DNA from: Tubulanus polymorphus
Lineage: Eukaryota; Animalia; Nemertea
Reading direction: 5' to 3'
Assembly: GCF_964204645.1 (NCBI RefSeq)
Contig: NC_134027.1
Location: 14,912,485-14,976,484 of the forward strand
Length of the DNA: 64,000 nt
Under the pieces are notes generated by a model, which saw only the letters and a program-made list of their open reading frames with translations, ran no database searches and was not told where the DNA came from. Below, piece by piece: positions 1-12,861 of this stretch. Every line of letters begins with the position of its first letter. Positions within the stretch are counted from its first letter, which is position 1. The translations under genes and the position numbers were made by a program.

Positions 1-494
1 AGTTAGTTTAGCCATTCAAGGTGCGATTGGAAATCTCCTTGAAGAGCTCATGACGGAGGAGATTTTTCTTATTTCACAAGACTTCAACTTTTTTCGATTT
101 TCGTCGAAAAAGTAATTTTGAACAGACCTGGATTATCATTTCTTCCTTACAGATGAAGGCACTTGACAATGTTGAAAGATTTTGTTTGAGTGGCTAACAC
201 AAGTTTGTTACACAGCTCCCCAAGGTTTTCATCCACGCTCGATGGTACACTGACAGCTATTATACAAACATCTGTATTTTCGATTAGATCACATTTCGGC
301 ATTTGGAGTTTTAGTGTATGAACAGCTTGAGTTAGTTCCTTCACCTTCTCAGAGAGTTCATTTTTTTGACTGCGTAACTCATCCCCTCCGTCTGAGTTTG
401 CTTGTGATGTACTTTTTGATAGGCTGATATCGCTGTCATGGCGTGTTACCGATAACTTGAGTTCCCCGAGACTGATGACAGTTTTCTCGACCAT
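1..494 (-). pseudogene. Decayed non-LTR retrotransposon ORF1-like fragment (coiled coil + RRM-like region)
   Basis: ORF 147-494 has a coiled-coil heptad stretch (ELRSQKNELSEKVKELTQAVHTLK) then IIAVSVPSSVDENLGELCNKLV. Past the stop it continues as GRNDNPGLFKITF..EKVEVL.NKKNL..ELFKEI, a layout typical of LINE ORF1p. Confidence 0.55.
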
Positions 495-1081
495 TTTATT
501 AAGTTACGTTAGATTTTTCTTGATAGAACTGAGAGAGTCAAGTTTTCTCAAAACAGTCTTTTCGAATGCGCTTGACATCCTCGCTAGTGTGTGTGTATGT
601 CACTAACTTCTAAGCTAAAAGCGGACTATACAGTTTGGGTATTTCGGTATTTCAGCAAAATCACTAGACCGGAACAGATCTCCACGTATGCCGGTGTACT
701 AGGGTGTTGTATTACATTTAAATATTGAATGTCAAATATTTGAGAGTAAAGCGTCTCCAATTGTTACAACACTACATGCATCACTTAAATCATATCTCCA
801 GAAACACCGGATTTTCTTGATTACTATGTTCACAAATTCGATAAATATTGACCGTTACATTTGACTATAATTCGTTATTCCTAACAGAACCTCGAACACC
901 GCACTAAGCAAGATCCGCCATATTGTCTATGCTGGCTAATGCTCCTTGATAACTGAGTAAACAAAATAGAAATAACAAAGGCAGAAAAAATTATTCATTC
1001 ATATGGGATCCTTTAGATATGATTATAGCCATGGACTAGATCCACGATAAGCAAATCGAATTCGCAATCATTTCTTTATTC

Positions 1082-1207
1082 AACACATTGAAATCTTTTT
1101 ATGCACGCAGGCATGCATGGATATGCCCTTGGTTTTAAATGAAACACATTGAAATCTTTTTATGCACGCAGGCATGCATGGATGGATATGCCCTTGGTTT
1201 CAAATGA
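1082..1207. repeat. Two-copy ~61-bp tandem duplication
   Basis: aacacattgaaatctttttatgcacgcaggcatgcatggatatgcccttggttt occurs twice head-to-tail (1082 and 1143). Confidence 0.9.
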
Positions 1208-1374
1208 CATTTGGATATAACTAATCTACAGTATATACGTCTACTGTTTTTCGGTTATAACGTATAAATAATCTGGTCCCCACTGCTACGTTACATCCAT
1301 GTAGACTGTAACTAGATAGTCTACAGACAAATGAATGATCGACAGAGTGTGAACACAATGGAATCAGAATATTT

Positions 1375-2109
1375 AACAAGGCAATTCGATACTACATATC
1401 TATGTCCCCCTCGATAGCCAGTAGGGAATGAATGACCCCTGAAGACATTGATCTTTGGTATAGAAAAATGATGAGTGTATGCAGGGATAACCATACTATG
1501 AAATATCATTTTCCTGCTATGAATGGTTATGAATGGTTAGGCAAAAGACGTCTCCTCAGGGGTTATCATACTATGAAATAGCATTGTTCTGTTATCAATG
1601 GTTCTTCTTGAATCGTGTTTACAAGGTTTTATATGAATGATATCTAGTGACCTTGACCTTTTCCCCCAAAATCAATAGGGCACATCCTCTCCCTAGGGGT
1701 AATCATACTACGTAATATCATGGTACTGCTATCGACGGTTCTTCTTGAATCACGTTCACAAGGTTTCACATGAATGACCTGTAGTGACCTTGACCTTTGA
1801 TCCTTGGACCTCAGATTCAATAGGGCACATCCTCTCCCTAGGGGTAATCATACTACGTAATATCATGGTCCTGCTATCGTCTTAAATGACGTTCACAAGG
1901 TTTCGCATGAATGACCTGTAGTGACCTTGACCTTTGGTCCTTGGAACCCAAAATCAGTAGGGCACATCCTCCCCCTAGGGGTAATCATACAGTGTAATAT
2001 CATAGTCCTGCGATCAACGGTTCTTCTTGAATCGCGTTCACAAGCTCACGCGGACGGACGGACGGAGGCGGATACCATGTCCCCCCGCTCACCGCGCGGG
2101 GGACAAAAA
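1375..2109 (-). mobile_element. Helentron-type non-autonomous element (HINE/DINE-like) with internal ~137-bp tandem array
   Basis: On + it starts AACAAG and has a subterminal TGTCCCC motif at both ends. GTGACCTTGACCTT units start at 1648/1783/1921, followed by a (GACG)n microsatellite and a terminal hairpin TGTCCCCCCGC..GCGGGGGACA then an A-run. Confidence 0.75.
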
Positions 2110-2146
2110 GAAAATAATCAAATATCATCATTATTAGAATACGCAC

Positions 2147-2252
2147 GTGGTTCTCCAATTTTCAGGATATCACACAGCATCTTTGTCAGTTGTATACTTG
2201 CTACAGCAAAGGGACAATCATGTTCATCAGTTCTACAGTTCTCTAGTACAAC
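2147..2252 (-). CDS. ELMO: ELMO (engulfment and cell motility / CED-12) internal exon, ELMO domain
   Basis: ttatttcag|VVLENCRTDEHDCPFAVASIQLTKMLCDILKIGEP+1nt|gtgcgt. Matches recalled ELMO1 [37 protein letters not shown]. 106 bp, phase 0 to 1. Confidence 0.93.
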
Positions 2253-3008
2253 CTGAAATAACGAAATGATGATATTATAGCTATAATAGCTCTTCTCTAT
2301 ATGGATACCTTCTACAATTACTAGTACCGCAACAACATTGCTTCATGTAAACCATACATTGATAAACTTATCAAACCTGACAATTCTCAAACCCACAATT
2401 TCGAAAAATAAACACCACAAGCTTACGGTACAGCTAAAGATTGGGCTTTAAAAAAGGCGGAAAAAATTTGAAATAAAAGTATTAGGCTAAATACTGCTGG
2501 CCAGAGTACATACATTCATGAAACAGATGGCTCCGACGAAATCCAAATCACCAGACCATGTTCATACTTAAATGAACTTGGCAATAAACAGAAGAGCCCC
2601 AAGAGGAGCCCCTATCTATAATCTTCAACACTTGGATGAATTGAAGCGAGCGACCGCAGATCCTAAACACAGATTTCCCGTGCAGTGCTTTTAAATTTAT
2701 ATATATTATTGATCTGTACAGTGGGTCTAGACAACAGCGGTGTTTCGCAATGATGTTGTAAAGAAGATTTCGGAGATCGTAGCATCGGCTTTATGATACT
2801 ACCTTTACAGTCTATTCTTTAGGAATGCTAAGATCTAGCTCTCAATTTTTCCCCAAGACCCTAACCCCTCTCCCATCATTATCTAAACGGATCTACATCA
2901 ATCTCAAGAATGATAAAGGACCATGGGTCCAGTAGGATCAACTGAGTACATTTTAGTTATGAGGGCAAAAATCGATTTGTTCTTGGATTTGCAATAACGA
3001 ACAGCTGA

Positions 3009-3486
3009 TTAAGATGAAATCATGGTGCACTTTGTAGCTAGCATGTTCAACTTCAATGGTACCGGTATACATTGTAATGGGTTTTCCATATGAGTCACAA
3101 GTACGCGGTAGAGAACAGTTCTTGATAATGTCACTGGGAAAGCCCTTCTAGAGGGATTTCCAAGTGATGCCCTTGTGAAGGGCTTTCCCTGTGATGTAAT
3201 GAAGGTTATGCATCGATTAGTAGAATGGGGGAAAAATTCATTGAAATTTTGCACATTTTCTCCCAGCACATCCAAATGGCTTAGAGCTGATGGACGACAC
3301 TTGCCATATTCAATTCCACCGCTTATTTCCCTCGATATGACAAAATATCTGCAGTTCATATCCAGTAGTAACAATTTGTGCCAGAAAGTTACTCTCAGAA
3401 CCATTGTATAAGGATCAATACAGTTGATCCTAATAAAAATGTACCTCCAATCACGGAAATCACGGTTGCGCAGAAGATTTTCATCC
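3009..3486 (-). CDS. Candidate exon 2 of an unknown nested gene (hypothetical protein)
   Basis: About 160-codon open frame beginning at the acceptor cttgttaattttcag|G GAT GAA, phase-compatible with the putative exon at 5824-6004. No homology recognised. Confidence 0.3.
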
Positions 3487-5229
3487 CTGAAAATTAACAA
3501 GAGGTTGGACCTTGAAACTTCGCGATAATCGGAAGTTACAGTTTGGGAAAAGGAATAAGTGCGGCCTTGCAGGCTGGGTCATTGTTTGGTCAGACATATC
3601 AATTACAATTATAACAAATATACATGTCACCACTTCCTGAAATGTAATTTAGAATTCAATACTGTCCTAATTTTTAAAGTAATGTTTGTTTTACAAGGCA
3701 TATTTTCTCAAAGATCTGCATGAGCTGAAACTTTTCGCGAGTAATTCCTTGGGCGGTTTATGTTTGATGCTCTATCCAAACATTCCAATTTCAAACTGCA
3801 CATCCACAGGCACTTGAATATGGGCTTTGATAATGGATAAATATTTGATAATTTACTAGCGATACGTTAATCCTACTTCGATAGATCCGCCATGTTTTAT
3901 AATAAATTTACCCATGATGCAACGCGCGCCCGTCGTTAAGCTATACTATACAGAAAGGCTGGAAACGATCCTATCTCCGTAATGCTTAAATCTACCCGCA
4001 GTTATCGGGACAGCCGAACACTGCCGATGATTGCCGAAGTACGTCCTTAGTGTCAATCAGTAAATAAATGATGGTTTTTTATAGAAGTGCCATCTAGAGA
4101 TTAGCACTAATACCAGATATAGAGATCAATGTGCATTGTGAAATACAATGTACTCTTTGCACCAAGTTTAGTCAAAATAGGATAACGAAAATGTGGTGCT
4201 TGATATCATGAGCTACAATTTGGCAATTATCGGATTGATTGGTGGTAACAATCGATCAAAGCGTCTTCAACATTTCAAAATTCAACCATTCAAAACATCT
4301 GCGAAAGCGCTGATTTGCTGAACTGGACACAAATCGGCCATCTTGATTCCGATATGGCTGTAGAAAAGGTTAAGGGAACAAACATACATAACTAACTATC
4401 AAGACCATAAGCGTATCGAAAACTTTAAGGAGACTAATAAAATTTTCTCTAACAAATAGTGAGCATAGAACAGATTAATAGGATTTTAAAACATGTTCAA
4501 TAAATATGTCCAATCCGACAGTTAATGAACAGGCTCTATCGAGATATATTTGCAATTATATCCATGAAACGACTGAAGACACTTTATGCAACTAAGTTGA
4601 ATAAAGAAAAGGTAAATCAAATGGCAAAGCGGTTTCTTTAAGACCGGAACATGTCGAGTATTGAGGTATATGAGGAAGTCGTTTCTGTCAAGCGAGTGAG
4701 TAACCATGCAAACATGGCCCGAATCTGAGGGCCCGTGGCCACCAATGTTCTGTATGCCAAGGTTGGCTTATGCAGATGATTTATAGCCTCCTCTGATCCA
4801 CCACTCCATTCTAGTCGTTATTGGCATTTTCTTTGATACATTTAAATAATTATAATCGTTGTTTTCAGATTGCTTTCACTTAACATTGTTCAATGCATTT
4901 TAGCCGTTTGAAAACGGAGCTGATTTCACTTTCCCTGATTGAAAATCATCGGAGCAATCCCCTTTTTGACTGATGCAGAAACCAATCTCAAGGTCATCGG
5001 CTAAAATTATGAATTTAGGGATTAGTAATAAACGAATGGTGAATCTTTATCTAGTTCGGTGTCTGTATTTTTGTTGCGAGATTAATTCGACGAATACATT
5101 TAAAAAAATACCAGCACACATAGTCAGAACGCAATAACGCTCACCACATTGATAAGTGTTTATTACTGATCTGAGTAAAGATAGATTTTTAATTAAAAAT
5201 TAAGTGGATAAATAATATGCCCAACAATT

Positions 5230-5675
5230 ACAAGAGGGTTTCCTGTGAAACAACAGAAAATCCAAATAAAAATATTCCTCCCACAAACCAAATCAACTAA
5301 AGATTTCACAGAAATCGATCTTGAGACAATCTTAAATCTTAAAATATAACCCGCAAGTAAAACGGTAGACGACCGCGGGTTCACGTGAACACCTGCTGAT
5401 CTCTGCGGCTAAGCCAATCATAGAGGAGTCTTTGCTCTCTGACAGGCTTTTTAAAACAGAGATATTCTTGCGTTCAGATTTTTGCGAAAAAGCTCATATA
5501 AATTTTAACGAGGTCTTTTTCAAAATTCAGCTTCATAGGGTTTGGAGAATGGATAAATGCTTATAATGAATGATTTGTATGAATATATGCTCAGTTGCAC
5601 AGTCAAAGAGCCTTCGCAATAGAAACCATGTTGCTCCATTTGTCTAGTAATAGGCTCAGCCTACCGCTGGCCTAT
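5230..5675 (-). mobile_element. HINE family C copy (partial)
   Basis: 5265-5675 is nearly identical to 60826-61250, with terminal hairpin AGGCTCAGCCT..GGCTGGCCTA. A different family-type end (ACAAGAGGGTTT..) is at 5230. Confidence 0.65.
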
Positions 5676-5823
5676 AAATTGACCTGATTCTCGATATTTT
5701 TGAAAACACACAACAGGTAGATGCCAACAAGTTGTTGAACGAACCGAGGATAGTCTGTTGAGACTTGAATTGTATTAACTTCAACTTTTTTTAAATGTGC
5801 AGTCTGAGGGAAATTCAATGTAC

Positions 5824-6004
5824 CTAACATCCGATCTATCACTACTGTGCATACTGAAGCCACAAGGTTGTTTCAGATAGGAAATGCCTTTACTCCGGTG
5901 GAGTATCGATTTTAAAGCTATTCCGAGGAAAGCGGTGTTTGCCGTAGCATAGATGAATAGAAACCACTGTCTAGTGTGGATAGGGATTGTACGTATCATT
6001 CCAC
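5824..6004 (-). CDS. Candidate exon 1 of an unknown nested gene (N-terminal hydrophobic segment)
   Basis: Acceptor ttttattgttttagattttgtcag, ATG at 5999, then MIRTIPIHTRQWFLFIYATANTAFLGIALKSIL...DRSDV AG|gtacat (phase 2). Confidence 0.3.
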
Positions 6005-6304
6005 CTGACAAAATCTAAAACAATAAAATATGTACCAATTTAGTTCCTGTCTAATCACTACACAATTAAAATGTATTTGATCAATGAAGCAGAGATTGAG
6101 AACAATTAATCTGACAAAACTAGGGGTCCAGGGACACCATGCCCACTTGGAAAATGGTTTCAAAAGCTCAACACTTAAGCCGGGCGCACACTAGGCGATT
6201 TTTAGTCGCCAGTAGAAAGATTTAAATCGTCGGCGATTTTTATGAAAATCGCCGTCCGTCGTCAGCGACCGCACATTAGACGATTTTTATCACCGAATCG
6301 CTGG

Positions 6305-6659
6305 CATCCTCGCTTGCCGGAGCTTGATTCCCGTCCACTGGAGCTCACGCTAACACAAACCATGGCCGCAAACCCTCATTATCTGTAGTATATTACATTG
6401 CCCATTTCTTTGCCGGACAGCGTCCACCAGTCTATATTTCAGTCCACCAATCAGATGCGTGGTAATTATATAGAAAAACCTGCCGGAAAAAATCAATGCA
6501 TCTGTTTGGTTAGATATATAGACTGGAGGGCAATGAGCGTTAACCTGTCCGCCCAAGAAATCTTGGGCTTTTTAACCATTATTATGAAGGGTGTGCGGCC
6601 AGGGTTTTTGTTGACGTGAGCCTCGACGAGTGGAAATCTAACACTGACAATCGAGGATG
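6305..6659. mobile_element. Palindromic ~350-bp MITE (CATCCTCG...CGAGGATG), copy 1
   Basis: Long imperfect inverted repeat, homologous to 16558-16899. No TSD evident. Confidence 0.7.
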
Positions 6660-7504
6660 AATCACAGGTCGTGAAGTGGTGCCACATGATAATAAAATGG
6701 CCGCATTTCATTTTCGGCTGTGGGGGTCGCCATTTTGTGAATGCACATGCCCAGGTAACAGACAACGTTTTCACAACATACCACAACGTTGGCGATATGT
6801 TGTATCGTAGTTGGAGGACAACGTTGTTTATAACACGTTTTCTAAACGTTGTGCTCGGGTTATTATTACTAAAAAGTCGGACATTTTTGTCGAACACTTT
6901 CGGTTCCTTGAAAAATGAATTATACACTCGGAGTTACGAGAACCGGGGTGGTGCCGACTACTGAGTCGGTTATGATTAAATTTCAAAATGTCTTATCTTT
7001 ATTTATTTTTATAGATTTTCATAGATATAATAAATTAAATGACTTTGATCATATATATATAGAGTTGTACAAATATATGGCATTACTGGGGTAGTAAGCG
7101 TGCTAAACACCGGTGTGAAGGTGACCGAGGCCGCGAGCGAGGGCCGTTGCCGTGTCCGGGCCCGTTGCCGTGTCCGGGCCTTGCGCCGTTGCCATAGCCG
7201 AAGCCGGCCGGTTCTCGCGCAGTTGTAGTAGCCGTGTTTTAGTCGATACCCTATTGAGCAGCGCAATTTTCCGTCTGCTGTCTTTTTGATGGTTTTATTT
7301 TAATATTCCTGATTTAGGAAAGTGGATTTAGTCAGCGTTTTAGTTTCAGTAACTTATAAAATAGTTGAAGTGCAGATCCGCACCTGGCTCTCGTGATTGA
7401 CGCCTGCCCTATCGAATTACAAACCAACTCTGACCTCTGTTCCACAACGAGGCGAATTGCCAGCCCAGTGGATTCCTAGTACTAGTAGTCCTAGAATGTA
7501 TCTA

Positions 7505-7783
7505 CAGAGTCGTCGGAAGGAATTTTTCAGTGGCGAGGCTTATTTCTGAAGGGTGGTCTGGGGGCCCTCCGCTAGAAAAATTTTGAAAATTCAATCGCCA
7601 GAGATGCGTTTTGGGGCCATTTCACGGTCTCATTCACAGAAGCAAGAGAAGTCGTGAGCCTACCACCTAGTACAGAGAACGACGAGCTGCTACGCGGTAC
7701 AGCGTGCTTTTGAAAAAATTTTTGTCAAGCAAAAAAGTGGAGCGGCTTTGGCCGCTCCTGCCGCCCCTGTTCCGACGGCCCTG
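7505..7783. mobile_element. hAT-like MITE inside the EnSpm
   Basis: TIRs CAG(A/G)G(T/C)CGTCGGAA / TTCCGACGGCCCTG. TSD not recognisable. Confidence 0.55.
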
Positions 7784-8828
7784 AACATTAGTCTAGCTTG
7801 TAACCCAATGCAGTGATTTATTTTACGAACTGTCTGTGTACGGAACTCTGTAAGTTCAATCGCATCCGTGGGTCTATGTTTACCCGATTTCAAGGTCAGC
7901 GATGACATCATTGCTGGGCACGCGAATTAAATGAGAATAAATAGGGATTCGGACTAGGGTTAAGTGTTGCGTTAGGTTTTATGTTTCATTTTTTAAAGGT
8001 AGCAGTAGGGTTAGGCTTATGTTTGGGATTGTAAAGGTTTGTAGTTCCGTGCCTGTCTTTGCCACATAGTTACAGTGCCATCAAATCGCATTCTGCGGGT
8101 GCCCTGTTCCGATGCCGGAATACGATTCCAGACTCCCGTACAACCGCAGACAGTTTGTTAAATTTATGATCGGCTAATCTCCAATAGAAGGTAGATTTTT
8201 GGCCCTGTTTTTATCTCAAGAATTTCACGACCGAACACAGTATTGGTTTTGGTTATCTTAATACAGACTTTTGTCACAAATACTTACTACTGACACGGTA
8301 ACTAGCCAAATTGTCAGATATCATGGTAAGAATTGATGAGAACATTTTTATTTTTCTTTCTCAAATTGAGTGGATGAGTGACGAAACATCATATCAGCAA
8401 ATATTTTTAACACATCTGCACATAAGATTTACCAATCCATATGGTGCCCAGTTTAAAAAAATTGTGACAATCTCGAAAAAACCAGTGCAGCCATGATTAT
8501 GGCTGCTGTACCCTTATTCTGTGCATTTGAAAAAAAATTCCAAAAGAACCATACTAACTTAAACCACAAATCATTTCATTCCATCATCTAAAAAATCAAA
8601 AATGTTATTCAGGATTTAGGCTATTGAATAAAAAACTGGCCAGTTCACCAACGTATATTAATATACGGACTTAAGTATGAGCATTAGGGCACACAATGTC
8701 TCCATGAGGCAATTGGCTCAAGGAAAGTCTACAGAATCTAGGTTTTCTAACTAGGCATTTCTATTCAGTTTTTTAGGGTTATTAGATTAGTACTTCCCCA
8801 GTGTCATCGAACCCATTGTGAATGCAGA

Positions 8829-10273
8829 ATGTATCCAAATAAAAAGAAACGCTTATCATACCAATGTTCATATATGAGATCCATTTGCACGAGAAGGGTG
8901 GAATCTACACAAACCGTTGACGCACAGACTGATTCTACTTTATTGTTTTATGATGAAGAGCGCGATATGTCTCCTGACGAATCTTTGATTTCTTGTCAAT
9001 CTAGTCCTGATGAAATGGGCCATGATGATGATATAGCACCTCCATTTGTGGATTTAACGGAGCCTTGTAGTAATGATTCTGATTCTAATGGTCTACATAT
9101 AAATGGTAAAACTATTAATATATCTTTGGACTCTATAATATGTGATATGCCAGCAAAAGTATTCGTCAAATGTGTGCGCAGCTTTACAGGTTATTATGGC
9201 TGTGACAGGTGTAACCAAAAAGGCGAATGGAATGGCCGAATGACTTATACTCAAATTGATGATTTGACCTTGCGCACGGATATATCCTTTCGACTGAAAA
9301 ATCAACAACAACATCACAATGGTGATACTCCGTTCCTTCAAGTAGATATTGATATGATATACGATTTTCCAATTGATTATATGCACCAAGTCTGCCTTGA
9401 TGTGATGAAACGCTGTTAACATGGAAATCTGGACCCCGAACTGTGAAAATATCTGCTCAACAGTTAGGTATCATTAGTGATCGGCTCATTGACTTAAGAC
9501 ATGCAATCCCTACCCATATTTTTCAAAGAAAACCTCGTAGTTTGGAACACCTAAACCACTAGGGAAAGCCACAGAGTTTCGACAATTTCTGTTATATACC
9601 TGTCCGCATGCTTTACAAGGTATTCTGCGTGAGGACATTTATGAACATTGCCTATGTTTATGCATTGCTATGCGTATATTAGTATCCCCTGCTCTGTCTG
9701 TAGAGTTGACAGATTATGCTGAGCAGCTTTTGATATATTTTGTGAAGAAATGTTATGTTATTTATGGTGTTGAATTTATGGTTTACAATATCCACTCTAT
9801 GCTACATATATCTGAGGATGTGAGAAGACATGGAAACTTAGATCTATTCAGTGCTTTCTGCTTCGAAAACTTTATGCAGGAGGTCAAGAAGATGGTCCGC
9901 TCTGCAAACTATCCGCTTTCTCAAATAATCAAGACTCAGCGAGCAGAAAAATATGAAAATTGGTATGGAAAAAAAAATCACAAAGCCAAAAACAAATGAT
10001 TGCTTCATCTTCCAAGACCAGTGTGTTGAAGTTCTCGACTCTTCTCCTGATAGAAATAATTGTTTGCGCTGTAGAATATTTGAAGATTCAGATGAGTTAT
10101 TCAGTAAGCCTTGTGATTCTCGAATTGTCCAGATATTCAAAGTACATAAGAGAAGAACATATTTACAATACATTCAGCTGGATGATCTCTTCACAATGGC
10201 TTTAAAGTTACCAATTCCTGGAAGCAGAGATTTCTTCGCTTTTGTTGCCATACTTCACTGCATAGAAGCCTAA
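8829..10273 (+). pseudogene. EnSpm/CACTA transposase, frameshifted and internally deleted
   Basis: Motifs ICDMPAKVFVKC..FTGYYGCDRC..KG, PIDYMHQVCL, KPRSL..L..KATEFRQFLLY, VYNIHSMLHI, LDLFSAFCFENF spread over several frames. Confidence 0.9.
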
Positions 10274-10822
10274 CAAATTTTAGCATTAACATTCCAACGT
10301 ATAGAAAGCCGTAATTTCAGGTATTACATGAAGATATAAGTAATTCAAATATGGAGTTGACTTTCATCACAGAGTTGTCTTGAATTTCAAAGTTTAATTT
10401 GAATGAATTTCACTGGATGTTCTCGCTTCTTTTTTCAGCTTTTATAATGTCTGCAGATTTTGTTATTGTACATTTTGTCTAAGATAACACTGTGGCAGTA
10501 GCATATTCCCGTTGGCTGGAAAATGATCCTAAAGAATCGGTAAGTGATTATCAGGTATTATCTTTATAAGTTAACCTAAATTCGGGCGTTTGTTTTATTG
10601 GTAGGGCTTTGTTCTCCAAGAATCGGCATGCCTTACATGTTATAGGCTACCAACATAACCTAGTATTTTGTCATACTTAACTCTTTTAAATGAGTTTAAA
10701 TGTTGGTACTCTTGTTAATGTAAACATTTATAGCAGAAGAGATTAAAAAGTTGTGCTGGCAATGTCAGATGAGCAAAACATCAGCCAAAAAAAAACATCA
10801 GCCAAACAAAGCCAGCCGCACC

Positions 10823-11112
10823 CTAGCATCAAAGCTGCCGCAACAACTACACTGCAGCAATTTATAAGCGACACTGATGCCCAAAAACCTTTCCCGCACA
10901 CTAGCAACAACGCAGCTTCACGTACTGCACCAGGCACTATTGTAGGTCAATCAATCAATTAATATGGTTTGAGGCGTATTTGACGCTCCGTATCAAAAAT
11001 AATATCAAAGATATAGGCGTCAAAGTCACAAGCAGCAAAAACGCCAAAAGTTTTACCCGCACACTAGGTGGTTTTGACGCAGGCGTACTTCTTACGGCGG
11101 CTTTGGCACTAG
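10823..11112. mobile_element. Small TIR element in EnSpm intron
   Basis: Imperfect TIRs CTAGCATCAAAGCTGCCGCAA / TTACGGCGGCTTTGGCACTAG, internal duplicated CCCGCACACTAG. No TSD seen. Confidence 0.4.
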
Positions 11113-11518
11113 TAAATGACACTTGGAAATGGCTGTAATAGAAAGTCTGAAATTCTATCAAAATTCATTTTTTTGTCTGCAGATTATTTATGCATATTGG
11201 CCTGTATCAGGAGCAAGTCGGAAAGTATCCAGGAAAGTAGATGTTGATAAAGAAAGTTCGCCTAAATACGAAGTCCGAATCATGGGATATGCCAGTAAGT
11301 TCAATTCATAGATCAGATTGAATTTGACTTTGATCTGATTGAACTTGCAATAAGTGATTGGATCTGTGCCCCTAAAAAAATTAAAATTATCTGTTCAGTC
11401 AGTAAGAGAGCAAAAAGAGACTACAAATGTAGTCCTCTACTTCCTCCCCAAAATACAGTAAAGTATGCATGAGTCGAAAGTATATGATCCAGCTTCATTC
11501 AGTAATGCAATGCATTCT

Positions 11519-11665
11519 ATCAGGACTGATAACGAGAGAAATCCCACAATAAATTGAGTAAAAAATGAAAGGTTCATAGTACTTTAATAGAACTTATTGT
11601 GGGATTTCTCTCGTTATTCATCTTACACGGATATTGTGTATCTTCTCGACTCATCAGGACTGATA
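11519..11665. mobile_element. Tiny Penelope 3'-end insertion with inverted segment
   Basis: 11594-11648 matches the Penelope tail at 58118-58171. An inverted copy lies at 11528-11552. Flanked by the 13-bp direct repeat ATCAGGACTGATA. Confidence 0.6.
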
Positions 11666-12048
11666 TTTTTTTCTGAGCCTGACTTCGTATTTTTTCTATT
11701 AAATTTCTTGACTAATTCATGTCCGACTGATGCGTACTTTATTGTTTACATTTGCAGAGCACTTTTTGCTGGGCTTACTATTCGTAGGGGCAAAACCATG
11801 GACAATGTGGCCTCTATTTACTAAATGCATCTCATTAAATCACATTCTTATATTATTACAATGATAATTATTTTAGGTGATTACCCTGCTGCAGTTCAGA
11901 AATGCAAACAATGTGAATATACGTGTAACTTAGATAGTAATGATGAAGAACTGACTGAGAAGAAGAACAGAAAGAGACGTGCGCCTGATCGCTATTCAGA
12001 TGATGATTGTGACGGAGACAGTGATGAAACTGGTTTCTTCAGTTTTAG

Positions 12049-12861
12049 TTTTTTAGCCCACTTGGGACTTTAGTCCCAGCGGGCTATTGCGTTCACTTTT
12101 TGTCCGTTCGTCCGTAGACGGAATTCAGTTATTTTGTGAAGTTTTGAAGACGCTTCAATGTAATGTCTTGATCTTTTGTTTATACATGTATCTACCCTAG
12201 ATACATCTTCTGCCCAAAAACTGGCCCAATCAGAATCGAGATGGCCGACTGGCAGCCATTGTTGTTCGCCAAAATTAGCACTTTTTACACATCTTTCACA
12301 TATGTTTGTATTCCCCTATGGTGCACCAGCTTCAGAAAAATGTGGTCGATTGGACCCAAGATGGCCGTCGTGTGCCCAAAAAGTTCATTTTTGCCCCGAA
12401 TTGCGGGACCTGTAGCTTCCGAATCAATCAAGTGTGGCGCAATCGGCAGCCATTTTAGTGTCATCAGTCCTCATTTGTAGATAAAAAAAAAGGTTTTTTT
12501 AGGAATATATCGACAGGTTTTGACTTTTAGTCTTGATATTTGATAAATAGTATCACTGTCGTAGTATTCATCTCCTCACCTGGAATTGGGGTTACCCAGG
12601 TTTTTGTTCTCACCACCAGGGGGAGACGAATATTGAATTATATACAATTTACCTATTTATATTGGTACCTATGGATATTCTGTAACCACAATCAATTGCA
12701 AAGTTGTAGCTTGTGACATGTTCAATGATTGTGGTGAGAAAGCTTTAAGGTCATTGTTTTCTTAAAATGTTCACCAGGGGATGTTGAATATTGAAATTCT
12801 CTGTTTGTTGAGCATTTCAAACCACTTTTACAGTGGACGTGGTGTCCCTGGACCCCTAGTT
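12049..12861 (+). mobile_element. HINE family A copy inside an EnSpm intron
   Basis: Starts TTTTTTAGCCCACTTGGGACTTTAGTCCCAGCGGGCTA plus a GTCC-like repeat and ends GGTGTCCCTGGACCCCTAGTT. It is the reverse complement of 24176-25435 with fewer array units. Confidence 0.85.

Noticed and set aside
3395-3484. Alternative frame MKIFCATVISVIGGTFLLGSTVLILIQWF as a transmembrane terminal exon of ELMO
   Set aside because: It needs a phase-1 donor, but the upstream ELMO exon ends in phase 0, which would give Gly-stop.
4850-5100. Minus-strand ..ILADD.. segment as an RT remnant
   Set aside because: A single degenerate motif without supporting upstream RT motifs.
7140-7200. GC-rich 18-bp tandem repeat giving an Arg-rich ORF (7009-7266)
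   Set aside because: Low-complexity repeat inside the EnSpm 5' region, probably part of a small MITE; the ORF is an artefact.
7940-8030. TTAGGG-like motifs as interstitial telomere
   Set aside because: Only scattered single TAGGGTT motifs, not an array.
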